Source of the DNA: Gammaproteobacteria bacterium
Lineage (GTDB): Bacteria; Pseudomonadota; Gammaproteobacteria; UBA4575
Assembly: GCA_041576975.1 (NCBI GenBank)
Contig: JBFGJY010000005.1
Location: 1-62,658 of the forward strand
Direction of reading: 5' to 3'
DNA: 62,658 bases
In this document: positions 23,349 to 32,921 of the stretch, piece after piece
Layout: the number at the start of each line of letters is the position of its first letter
Numbering within the stretch: the first letter of the stretch is position 1
Made by a program: the position numbers and the translations under genes
Notes under the pieces: generated by a model
What the model was told of the DNA's origin: nothing
Database searches by the model: none
The model's input: only the letters and a program-made list of their open reading frames with translations

Positions 23349-23906
23349 TTATGGACATGCGGCGGTAGTTTCAGTAATTACTGCACGACCTGTCGCACGG
23401 ATATTGATCGAACGAGATAGATTTGTATCGTTGTCTGGTCGACACAAACGAAAGATTGCTTGACTGCCTATACCTGCTGCTAATCCCTGTACGGTCTCAC
23501 CTGTGGACTGATAGCTAATTACATCTCCATACGTTGCAGAAGGTTCACGCAAAGTAAATCCGCCTGGAATTCCATCCCTGACTAAAATAATTTGCTCACC
23601 TGCATCGAGAGTGTTATCACGATCTGTGTCGACAAACACTGTCCAACCATCTTCCCAGTTGCCCGTTGCATTACATGCTGCCTGTGCAGCTGGTTTTCCA
23701 CACACAGCAACTCTCGCATTACGTTTTATTGCTTCACTACGTGCAACAGTAAGCGCATTTAAAAATGAATTGCCTATTGACACCGTGCGATTACGTTCTA
23801 CAAATCCTACAAACGCAGGAACAGCAACTGTTGCCATCACTGCGAATACGGCAAGGGTTACCATCAGCTCAATAATTGTAAATCCACGTTGTGAGTTCAT
23901 TTTCAT
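23349..23906 (-). CDS. fimT: FimT/FimU (GspH-like) pilin (cluster C)
   Basis: G-FTIIELMV, ARSEAIKRN. Confidence 0.88.
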   Translation of the reverse strand: MKMNSQRGFTIIELMVTLAVFAVMATVAVPAFVGFVERNRTVSIGNSFLNALTVARSEAIKRNARVAVCGKPAAQAACNATGNWEDGWTVFVDTDRDNTLDAGEQIILVRDGIPGGFTLREPSATYGDVISYQSTGETVQGLAAGIGSQAIFRLCRPDNDTNLSRSINIRATGRAVITETTAACP

Positions 23907-23973
23907 AAAACTAAAAATATAATTTAAAACATTCAGGAGAAGGTTAAACCTCTCTCTTCCAACAATGATGAAG

Positions 23974-24114
23974 ACTTTACATTGATATTTAAGGATTTTT
24001 CACGAGTGTGTTGTAACTCGCTTGGATTCTCCGACAAGAGGAGAGGCTTAGTTTAGAAATGTGATCGACGTTTATTGTGCTAAAAATAGCACAACAACTT
24101 TCACCGATAAATGG
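23974..24114 (-). promoter_or_regulatory. Conserved promoter block upstream of pilin cluster C
   Basis: TAAAGT -10-like hexamer, GTTGTAACTCGCT (24010-24022), CCGACAAGAGG (24031) and CCGATAAATGG (24104); near-identical layout at 31848-31987. Confidence 0.6.
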
Positions 24115-24506
24115 TAATTTTTAAACAAACTAAACTTAAATTTTAAAAATTACACTTAAAAAAATTCATTACAAAATATTTATTCGAATAAAATTTTTTT
24201 TTAAAAATAAAAACGTGGATAGCATGTAAAAAAATCCGGATCGGTGTGCAAAATTAAAAATAGCTTGTTACGAAAGGTACAGAAAAACAGACCTATAGAT
24301 AGATGTATTTATTTATAGCAATCACTCAACAACTTATTGAATTGATGTCAGTTATAACTACGTTGATGATAATTGCACCATTATCCCAGATAGGTGGAAT
24401 GAATACTGCTGTTAATCAGTCAATCATTTTGTATACATAAAGCAATACAAACACACAACGCACTTCAGTTGAGTTTACGTTATTGCAAAAATATAGATTA
24501 ACGATG

Positions 24507-24914
24507 CTACCAATGAGTGGCCGGAGTTTTATTATTCATTGAATCTATAGTCATATTGCCATCGGTAACTTGTGGACCACCAGCAGTGGGTGTTGCGGTT
24601 AGATTTATGCATTGTGTTAATGCAATCGCACCACATGCTGCTGCACTCACTCCATAAAATCCTTCTTCAGAGGGTACCGTGGCTGCTGCATAGCCTAGAC
24701 TTGGCAAAGTCGTCGTATAGGAATTGTTAGCACTGTAAAAGCGTTCTTGTGCTTCCATCACTTCCATTAACATGGCTTTACCATCGGCACGACGAGTACG
24801 TTGCATTTGATCGGTATACAATGGGTACCCAATAGAAGCAAGTATGCCGACAATGGCAATTACGATCATTAACTCGACTAAGTTAAGTCCTTTATGTTTA
24901 GAAATTTGATTCAT
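24507..24914 (-). CDS. pilE: Type IV minor pilin PilE (cluster B)
   Basis: G-LNLVELM; YP.Y..Q..RTRRADG. Confidence 0.85.
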   Translation of the reverse strand: MNQISKHKGLNLVELMIVIAIVGILASIGYPLYTDQMQRTRRADGKAMLMEVMEAQERFYSANNSYTTTLPSLGYAAATVPSEEGFYGVSAAACGAIALTQCINLTATPTAGGPQVTDGNMTIDSMNNKTPATHW

Positions 24915-24948
24915 ATCTTGCTGTGTCACTCTGTTTAGGTTTAGCAAC

Positions 24949-25197
24949 TCACTTCAAAAGTATTAATCCTTTTATGGATTTGCCATTCTGAAAATATTCT
25001 ACTTTTGATCCTTGTTGCATGGATTCACCTTTATTCATAATAATCTCTACATCATGTGTTAAGTTGTATTGCTTGCTATCGATAGTAATGCGATGAGCAC
25101 TCAAATTGACTGTATTTACAATGCCTTTCTGCTCATCGTCTCTTGCAGTAGCGCTGTAATCATTTAAAGATTCTGCAGCAAAACTTAATGATGACAT
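24949..25197 (-). CDS. Small protein at the pilY2 position (cluster B); signal peptide apparently frameshifted
   Basis: GIVNTVNL..HRITIDSKQYNL..DV beta-rich domain; upstream ATG at 25238 is out of frame. Confidence 0.5.
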   Translation of the reverse strand: MSSLSFAAESLNDYSATARDDEQKGIVNTVNLSAHRITIDSKQYNLTHDVEIIMNKGESMQQGSKVEYFQNGKSIKGLILLK

Positions 25198-25277
25198 GAG
25201 AAAAAATAGTTGTTTGTAGCGACTAATAGTCTATACATATCCCTGCACCTTACAGTTAATCCATTAAACTTCTAAAA

Positions 25278-28200
25278 TTAGCGATCTAGTTGTCGCCAAG
25301 TCTGACGCCCTAATGCATCCGGTCCACAGTTATTAGCAGTTGCCTCAATGGCGCCCATGGAACCACTCGCATATTTCACCATAATACCGTTAATGCATTC
25401 TCCACCGCCGCCAGGCTTTTGAATGATGCTTACGGCAGGAATAATTCCCACAGTAGATTTCTTACCACTTGGCGGTAATTTATCATCAGCGTCTACATCA
25501 CCATCGCCATCCACATCAAACAAGACTTGTATCATGTCATTGTCATCGAAGACGCCATCGATATTGATGTCAAATATGACAAAATCGATGCGTGAACCGT
25601 CTCTGGGATCAATTTCCATCAACCAACCTGTGCCATCACCTCTACAAGGGCTTGTGGGTGGAATTAAGGTAGTGAAAATGATGCGATCATTTCTTAACAC
25701 CGCATTAGTCACTTGCCGTTCACCAAAGTTGTTACTATTGGTTGGACTGCTGCTGCTATCAAGTTGCAAATTGATTAGATCCATATACCAACCCAAATGT
25801 GTAACAGGTGGTGATCCAGAAGGCGTGCCGCTGGCTGTGTGCCAAACAATTTGGTTATCAGTACTTGCACGTAAGTCAAAACCACCCGAATTTACTTCTT
25901 GAGTAATGGACTGTTGCAGCAGGTCTCCACGATTAAATACATCTAAGGTGCTTTGGTTTTTATCCCAAACGCCATAGAAACTCTGCGTGTCTTGACCGAA
26001 TTGTGTGTTGTCACCAGTTTCTAAGTATTTTCCAGTACCAAAATAGACCATCACCCCATTAGTAATTCCCAAAGGATGAATACCAACCTGTGGAGTTGTG
26101 GTAATGGCTTGTGGATTATTACTTGCATCACTTGCAACAAACAAAGGCAACGGATTGAACGACGCATCCAAATAATCAGAACCCCAATTATTTGTATTGG
26201 TATTGGTTACATCAAATTTCCATAGGTTGCCAAATAAATCACCGGCATAAATATGATCGGCAATAAAGTCGCCGTCTATATCAATAACAGCAGGTGACGC
26301 TAATCCATTAGGTTGTCCCGAACCAGTTGGGTCATCTGCAGTACCTTTACCCGTATCGATTTTTACAAAGTCAGTGGATGACCAAACTCCATCTAATCCT
26401 TCTTCAATAAATACAATGTACAAGACGGCATTACCTGTGCTACTCACTGAGCCATCCGCTTCGGTATTGTTATAACCGTTACCAAACACAGCAGCCCATT
26501 TGCCATTGTGCATACGAACAATATTGACCAAGCCAAATGTACGACCTAGGTCGGCATCATCCACATCGGTAAACTCCCACAATACTTTATTCGTGATACT
26601 GGATTCAGCACCGCCACCGGAACCGGGTGGTACACTAACATCTAGCGCATAAACACCTTGTCCACCAGCACCCAGGCTACCTGCTAACACACTGCGCCAA
26701 CCTAAGCCAGAGCCAAGATATGCATCCACCACATTGACAGGACCGTCTACAAAAAAGCGATGTTTATAATTTGGATCTGTCAGCCGATTTAGATTAGCAA
26801 ATGTATTACTTGGGACATAAGCAAAGGTTTCAGTGCCATCACTATCACGAAAACCATGCATCATGCCGTCATTCGCACCCACATAAACCATGGGTGTACG
26901 ATTTACATACGTCGTATTGTTTTTAAATGAAGAACTGTAAGGTGCAGAATTTTCTGGCGCACCAGTTCCCCAAAGATCAGGATAAGGCAAATTGGGCGCA
27001 CCAACAAAAACTGGCGCTGAGTTGATGATGTCACCAAGCACACTGCTACGTGCACGAAAATTTATATTACTAGTATCACCACGCAAATAATTCAAACGTG
27101 CTTGGCCTTGGCCATCGGCAGTGCCGCTACTTGGGTTAATATCTAAAGCTGAACTCTGACTAACATCTAGCTCAGTACTACTGGGTGAAGCGGGATTACT
27201 TGGCCAGCGAAATGGAATACCAGTACCCGTTGAAGGTTTATAGGTAATAATCTTGCGGCCCGTATTAAAATTTTGTCCACTTACTACAGCACCTGCATCC
27301 CAGGCTTGTGTGCCCAAAGTTCCATCTGCGTTAATTGGAAACGCAAGTAGCTGACCCGTCCATTCACCGCTATCAAAGCGTGCTTGATACAGTTGTGATG
27401 TACTAGTGATCGTGCCAGAGTTTAAAGCCACGGCTGCCGCAGAACTAATGCCATTATCTATAGACTGCAGAATATTGCTTAGTGCCGTCGCAAAGCTATC
27501 TGAATCGGCGGCATTGAGAAATTCGCCGCGTCCATTTATTGCCGCATGCCAAAGATCATCGCCTCGAGTCGCATTTTGAGAAGGTATTGGGTCAGGCCAT
27601 GATATTGCTCCGTTGGTTAAGTCTTGCAAAACCGTAGGGTCAGTTGAATCAAGCGTACCTGAGATGCCTAGGCTAACCGTATAAGAAGTCATATGTTGCC
27701 AAAATGCCTCATCCTGTGCTGAGGTAGGAACAATGTTAGGCAAATCTGTGCGCAGATCACGGTTCCAGAAATACATGGCCACATCTGCCAAGGTGTTTTG
27801 GGGGATAGCGACACCATCTTTTGTGACTGTACCACCACCCCAATTATCACGGTATGGATCAACCGGAGTGTAACGATAGCTTGGCGGTGTTGGATTCGCA
27901 TTGTGATTAATAATCGTTGGTCCGTTGCTGTTATCGACATTTCCCAGCGAGGTGGCTGTCGTTTCGGGTACGTCAATATCCCAAAAACCATCCGAAGTTA
28001 AAATAGCAGAACTTTGGCGACACTCTGAATGCGGTGTATTGTCATTACTACCTGGAATATTCCCCCACGGGCCAGCGTTATCAGTGCGCGAATAATAGAG
28101 TCCAATATCGGCAAGGGCGCGTCGCGAAGGTGTATCCCCGATAGCTTCTATTGTGTATAGATCATTAAAAAATGACTGGCGATATGTGCCTCCAAATGGG

Positions 28201-29222
28201 CGTACACCTAATCTTAATGTTGTAGGGTGGGTAGCTCCATCAACTTGCCTACTACTAGTATTCGTGCCGGTTTGAATCGATGCAGAAGAATACGCCCCTA
28301 TGAAACCGGTGTTCAATGAGCCAAATCCAACACGCATACTGTTGCTCTGCTGCGCAAAGGCACGACCGGTACCGGCGCGGGCCACGGCAATTCGAGCACG
28401 GTGATATTGGAACCAATTGGCAAAGTTTTGCGCTTCTTCAGTCGGAGTACGTGTAATGCTGCTAAAACTAGCAGTAGTTGTCATAGGCACGCCATTAACT
28501 AAGAGGGTACTGCCTTGAATTTGTATCTTTCTGTAATTACTAGCGTCTGTAAGTTGGGCCACATTATCCGGCACACCTTCATAAATGTAATAGGTGATTG
28601 GCCAATAGGTCATTGCGCAGGTGGCATTGTTATCGCTCGGGTTACAGGCGTTCTCGACTGTGTTCATATCATCCGCAAGTGCATCTACCAGATAGAGATT
28701 ACGATACCATCTCGCAGTATCAGTTTTCTGTATTAATAAATTCAAACAGCCACTAGCCTGGCGCATGGGATCATAGTACGCACAGTTAGGATTGGCGTTT
28801 GCCATTTCTGTGTTGTCTGCATTCACCCAGGGTCTGTAATCTACATTTGGGTTATAGAAAATTGAATTATTAGCAAATGATCTACGTGCATAGTTATGCA
28901 AATTATTATCTTCAAACGTCGCGACCCGATTTCGTGCAGCACCAGAATCTGACCAAACACTGGCTGGATTTAGAAATAATTCATTTCTAGTACGACTAGT
29001 ACCTGAAGGAAGACCATTAACTGAACCTGGCATCCACTCCTCTCTCATCGAACCGGAATCATCCAGGATATAAACAATATTTGGCGGCACAACGCCACCT
29101 AAAAATAATGGTGTATCGGGGATATCCAGCATGGCGGCTTGAGTGTTTGCCATACATGTAATGCAAACCACAGCGAATGCAGATTTAATTGTTAAAATTA
29201 ATTTCCTTATCATTTCCATCAT
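25278..29222 (-). CDS. pilY1: PilY1/PilC adhesin (cluster B)
   Basis: DDSGSM; LGDIINSAP, GANDGMMHGF, DIDGDFIADHIYAGD; GRQTWRQL. Confidence 0.92.
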   Translation of the reverse strand: MMEMIRKLILTIKSAFAVVCITCMANTQAAMLDIPDTPLFLGGVVPPNIVYILDDSGSMREEWMPGSVNGLPSGTSRTRNELFLNPASVWSDSGAARNRVATFEDNNLHNYARRSFANNSIFYNPNVDYRPWVNADNTEMANANPNCAYYDPMRQASGCLNLLIQKTDTARWYRNLYLVDALADDMNTVENACNPSDNNATCAMTYWPITYYIYEGVPDNVAQLTDASNYRKIQIQGSTLLVNGVPMTTTASFSSITRTPTEEAQNFANWFQYHRARIAVARAGTGRAFAQQSNSMRVGFGSLNTGFIGAYSSASIQTGTNTSSRQVDGATHPTTLRLGVRPFGGTYRQSFFNDLYTIEAIGDTPSRRALADIGLYYSRTDNAGPWGNIPGSNDNTPHSECRQSSAILTSDGFWDIDVPETTATSLGNVDNSNGPTIINHNANPTPPSYRYTPVDPYRDNWGGGTVTKDGVAIPQNTLADVAMYFWNRDLRTDLPNIVPTSAQDEAFWQHMTSYTVSLGISGTLDSTDPTVLQDLTNGAISWPDPIPSQNATRGDDLWHAAINGRGEFLNAADSDSFATALSNILQSIDNGISSAAAVALNSGTITSTSQLYQARFDSGEWTGQLLAFPINADGTLGTQAWDAGAVVSGQNFNTGRKIITYKPSTGTGIPFRWPSNPASPSSTELDVSQSSALDINPSSGTADGQGQARLNYLRGDTSNINFRARSSVLGDIINSAPVFVGAPNLPYPDLWGTGAPENSAPYSSSFKNNTTYVNRTPMVYVGANDGMMHGFRDSDGTETFAYVPSNTFANLNRLTDPNYKHRFFVDGPVNVVDAYLGSGLGWRSVLAGSLGAGGQGVYALDVSVPPGSGGGAESSITNKVLWEFTDVDDADLGRTFGLVNIVRMHNGKWAAVFGNGYNNTEADGSVSSTGNAVLYIVFIEEGLDGVWSSTDFVKIDTGKGTADDPTGSGQPNGLASPAVIDIDGDFIADHIYAGDLFGNLWKFDVTNTNTNNWGSDYLDASFNPLPLFVASDASNNPQAITTTPQVGIHPLGITNGVMVYFGTGKYLETGDNTQFGQDTQSFYGVWDKNQSTLDVFNRGDLLQQSITQEVNSGGFDLRASTDNQIVWHTASGTPSGSPPVTHLGWYMDLINLQLDSSSSPTNSNNFGERQVTNAVLRNDRIIFTTLIPPTSPCRGDGTGWLMEIDPRDGSRIDFVIFDINIDGVFDDNDMIQVLFDVDGDGDVDADDKLPPSGKKSTVGIIPAVSIIQKPGGGGECINGIMVKYASGSMGAIEATANNCGPDALGRQTWRQLDR

Positions 29223-29281
29223 CGTTCTCCCAACTCAAAGAACACACATCCCTGCGTGATATCCAAGTTAAAAATCTCCAG

Positions 29282-29815
29282 TTAATTAAATTCCTTGGTA
29301 AATTGTGTTTGTACTGTCGTGGTTGCTAAATTATTACCACCGATACCGTGTCCACTAATGCGATACATCACTCTTCCTGTGATGCCCGCCATGCCGATAT
29401 TTAATGTATATGGCATGAATTGTTCGTACTCTAGGTAATACATCGGTTGTGCGCTGACGCCGCCAATGGTTCCTGCGGGTAACTCGGTCATTGCAGTTGT
29501 ATTCCAATTTGTAATTACAGTGGGGTCTATCGTATTTAAGGTATAAATATGATTTGTGCATGGTGAACAAGATGCAGTACCGGTTACGTGTGTAGTAAGC
29601 CCATCTAGAAATTGTTCGCCTACACGTAATGCCGTTTCAGAAGATTCAAAAGACAGGTTTAAATTATTTGTATTGCCCGCCATTTTTTCTTCTAATGAAG
29701 TGGTTTGCATACCGGTAATACCCACCATGGTGAGCAGCAGCAGCATAATTAAACTTACCGCTAATACCGCGCCCTTTTGTCGCTTTGCACTTGTTATATT
29801 CATTTCCAACTCCAA
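29282..29815 (-). CDS. pilX: Minor pilin PilX (cluster B)
   Basis: QKG-AVLAVSL, LEEKMAGN. Confidence 0.88.
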   Translation of the reverse strand: MELEMNITSAKRQKGAVLAVSLIMLLLLTMVGITGMQTTSLEEKMAGNTNNLNLSFESSETALRVGEQFLDGLTTHVTGTASCSPCTNHIYTLNTIDPTVITNWNTTAMTELPAGTIGGVSAQPMYYLEYEQFMPYTLNIGMAGITGRVMYRISGHGIGGNNLATTTVQTQFTKEFN

Positions 29816-29827
29816 TATCTTTACTGG

Positions 29828-30610
29828 CTATGGCGACTGATTACGAAACGCCACACTTGTAGTAAATACATGTCTGCGCATGTTGTCGTTTATAGGACCA
29901 ATATTTGTGCCCAGTAAACTATAAACCGCTGTGTCTGTAGCGTTGGTAACAGGGTCTACACTGCTTAACAATAATGCTAGACGAACACTCACCACCTGCG
30001 GCCAATCACCGTTGGCTGTTACCGTATTGGCAGGGATATACATATCCGCAACTCGATCAATGTCAGAATCCACACCATAGAGAATCTGCAGATTTTCTAC
30101 TCCATCAATTACCTGCAAATCTGTTCCCGCTGAATCGATACAGTGAAGGGTGTTATCCGCAGCGATATAAATCGTGTTTACCAATGTCGCTCCAGCGACG
30201 GGTGCAATATTGGGGTTACATTCATTTATGAATGGGGCGGCACTGGGCTGCTGAAAACGAAAGCTCAAGGTATCGGAGATGGTTCCCGTGCCTTCCAGGC
30301 CAGCAACGACTTGTCCTGCGGCTATAAAGTCAATATTACTAGCTGGCCCATAATTTCCTGCATCTACCAAAAATGCATCATCATCCGACTGAAATCCATT
30401 CGCTTTGAATCCAGTTTGACGCATGCTTAGTTGCACAAGATCCATCGCAAATCGACCATTTTCCTGCAAGCGCGATAGCCCTTCTCGCAAGTTATAACTT
30501 GCTTTGGTATCTATAAAGATCTTCGTCACACCAAGTAATAATAGTGAGCTTAAGGTGACAGCCACTAATAACTCGACAATACTAAACCCTTTTATAACTA
30601 ACTTTTTCAT
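29828..30610 (-). CDS. pilW: Minor pilin PilW (cluster B)
   Basis: G-FSIVELLV, LQENGRFA, GVENLQILYGVD. Confidence 0.9.
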   Translation of the reverse strand: MKKLVIKGFSIVELLVAVTLSSLLLLGVTKIFIDTKASYNLREGLSRLQENGRFAMDLVQLSMRQTGFKANGFQSDDDAFLVDAGNYGPASNIDFIAAGQVVAGLEGTGTISDTLSFRFQQPSAAPFINECNPNIAPVAGATLVNTIYIAADNTLHCIDSAGTDLQVIDGVENLQILYGVDSDIDRVADMYIPANTVTANGDWPQVVSVRLALLLSSVDPVTNATDTAVYSLLGTNIGPINDNMRRHVFTTSVAFRNQSP

Positions 30611-31137
30611 TACGGGCTGAAACTTGCTTGTACAGTTTGTAACGGTGCACCTAAAGTCGCGCTATTCACAGATTGGTTTCCTGCCCAAGTCACCGTGATA
30701 GTGTGAATAGCATTTGCAGCACAACCAACAGGATTACATACGATGGTTGCATTCCCACCAGGCAAAGCAGCTCCTAAAAAGTTATACCAAGCCACCAAAT
30801 CAGCAGTAGCCATTTCTGCGGGGTTACACAGACCCGCAACAGTAGTGCCCGTGAAATTTGTGACACAATCAAATGTCGGCGCGGCAGGTGCAGCTGCAAC
30901 TTCGTAGTTTCCAGCGATTGCCGCGAAACGATTCGCTCGCATACGGTCCGCTAAATCATTTACTGCATATATTGCTTGTGTGCGCACAAATGCTCCATGG
31001 TTATCACGAAACCCAGAGGCATGCAAACCGGCAAGACCTAACAATCCAATTGCCAACACAATTACTGCTATTAATACTTCTATTAACGCAAAACCAGATC
31101 GACGAATGTTCGAATTATTTTGCTTTAAATGTTTCAT
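30610..31137 (-). CDS. pilV: Minor pilin PilV (cluster B)
   Basis: G-FALIEVLI, DLADRMRAN. Confidence 0.9.
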   Translation of the reverse strand: MKHLKQNNSNIRRSGFALIEVLIAVIVLAIGLLGLAGLHASGFRDNHGAFVRTQAIYAVNDLADRMRANRFAAIAGNYEVAAAPAAPTFDCVTNFTGTTVAGLCNPAEMATADLVAWYNFLGAALPGGNATIVCNPVGCAANAIHTITVTWAGNQSVNSATLGAPLQTVQASFSP

Positions 31138-31153
31138 AGTATGTTTGCAAAGA

Positions 31154-31711
31154 TTAGGTACAAGAATTTACATTGCCGTTTACATCTGCGGCTGGATCGG
31201 TTGCCGACACAACACGACTACGTCCAGTATTCGTGACAATAATTGCGCGCGCCTGTTGCACAAAGCCACGGCCATCACACATTACTAATGTGTCCGGTGT
31301 AGAAGTTGCAGTTCTTAAGCGTCCGCGCGGGTCGAATTCAAAAAATGTAACATTATTAACGACTGAATTTAATGTGAGCGAAGCATTGAATGCAGTTCTA
31401 TTATGTACTGCACAGTCGACTGAGCAGTCAGCAGTCGCAATAAAAATATTGTCATTATTGGTGTCGGTTACAACTGTCCAACCATTGGCCCAATTACTGC
31501 CGCTATTCGATATTATTTGTACGTTAACACCACGTTTAATTGCCTCACTGCGAGCAATCATGATTGCAGAGAGCAATCCATTTGCGTTAGTGATCATGCG
31601 ATTATTTTGTATGCTAGTTCGAAAATTCGGCACACCCACGGTAAGCAATATCGCTAACATCGCGATAGCGATCATTAATTCAATTAACGTGAACCCTTTT
31701 AAAATTTTCAT
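31154..31711 (-). CDS. fimT: FimT/FimU pilin (cluster B)
   Basis: G-FTLIELMI, ARSEAIKR. Confidence 0.88.
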   Translation of the reverse strand: MKILKGFTLIELMIAIAMLAILLTVGVPNFRTSIQNNRMITNANGLLSAIMIARSEAIKRGVNVQIISNSGSNWANGWTVVTDTNNDNIFIATADCSVDCAVHNRTAFNASLTLNSVVNNVTFFEFDPRGRLRTATSTPDTLVMCDGRGFVQQARAIIVTNTGRSRVVSATDPAADVNGNVNSCT

Positions 31712-31847
31712 CTCTCAAAAACCACTTATTAGTAATTAAACGTGAAAGCTACAAACAAAGTAGTTCACAAATTATTCGATTACACGCAGTTTATAAATAT
31801 GAAGGAAACCACTAACAGAGGGATCCCTCTACCAACTCTCGAGGGTC

Positions 31848-31987
31848 ACTCTACATTGATTTTAAAGGGATTATTGTGAGCGAGTTGTAACTCGCTGATA
31901 TTGTCCGATGAAAGGAAAATAATTAACAAATGTGTGTTATATGCACGAAAAACTATAAATGACACGCATTTTTTTACCGATGAAAGG
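31848..31987 (-). promoter_or_regulatory. Conserved promoter block upstream of pilin cluster B
   Basis: TAGAGT -10-like hexamer, palindrome AGCGAGTT-GT-AACTCGCT (31879-31896), two CCGATGAAAGG direct repeats (31905, 31977). Confidence 0.6.
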
Positions 31988-32116
31988 AGGCATGCGTTGA
32001 CCTGTTTAATACAGCTTAATTATTTAAGTTAAAAAATTCGTTTTATAAAAGTTATTGATTTGGAGTGTATTTATTTTTCAGCTTATAAACAACGTTAACA
32101 GCGTCTCATTTTGCTT

Positions 32117-32524
32117 TCACCACTTTCCAATAGGCGTTTTTTCGTTACGAGAATTGTATGTCAGATTACCATCAGCAGTCTGAGCACCTTGTGCAGTAGC
32201 TGTCAGCTCGACACATTGATCAATAGCAAAAGTTGGACAAGCTTGTGCGGCTATTAAATAGAATTCTTTATCCGATAATACATTACCCCCGCCCGCATCT
32301 GGGAAATTTAAATCTGCGATAAGATCTGTTGTGTAAGTACTATTACGTGAATAAAACTTTTGTTGTGCCTGCATAATTTCTAAAAGCATTTTTTGCCCAT
32401 CGGTACGACGATTTTTGCTCATTTGGGATTGATAGCTTGGATATGCCAGCGAAACAATAATAGCTAACACTACAATTACAATCATCAACTCAATTAAGGT
32501 GAAGCCTAAATTTTGTTTAAACAA
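32117..32524 (-). CDS. pilE: Type IV minor pilin PilE (cluster A)
   Basis: G-FTLIELM; YPSYQSQMSKNRRTDG. Confidence 0.88.
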   Translation of the reverse strand: MFKQNLGFTLIELMIVIVVLAIIVSLAYPSYQSQMSKNRRTDGQKMLLEIMQAQQKFYSRNSTYTTDLIADLNFPDAGGGNVLSDKEFYLIAAQACPTFAIDQCVELTATAQGAQTADGNLTYNSRNEKTPIGKW

Positions 32525-32536
32525 TGTAATGTGAAA

Positions 32537-32902
32537 TTAATGAGCTGGAATTGTGCCCGAGGGTAGCTGCCAAACTTGCTTCACTAGCCCTTTGTTAAAC
32601 GATCCTTCATGCATACTGAACGCTAATGGCATTCCTGGTAGCAATTGATCTAGAGTTCCGAACTCTGTCGTTAACAGGTGCACTTGTATGTTCTGATCAT
32701 AGGGAACTCGCAACATACCAAATATAAATTCGCCTTTCTTTCTATCAATGCCAGTGAGTATTGCGGAATGTTCAAAATAGTCTGGATAGTATTGAGGCAG
32801 ACTTGATAACGATACACTTTCGGTTTGCTCACTAAGCAATGTTGCCGGAGTGACGCATAAGCATAAAATAGTGAGCAAACTAATTTTAAATTTGATCTTC
32901 AT
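32537..32902 (-). CDS. Small exported protein at the pilY2 position (cluster A)
   Basis: Signal peptide; lies between pilY1 and pilE. Confidence 0.55.
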   Translation of the reverse strand: MKIKFKISLLTILCLCVTPATLLSEQTESVSLSSLPQYYPDYFEHSAILTGIDRKKGEFIFGMLRVPYDQNIQVHLLTTEFGTLDQLLPGMPLAFSMHEGSFNKGLVKQVWQLPSGTIPAH

Positions 32903-32921
32903 AAATAGTATTCTTTTAATA

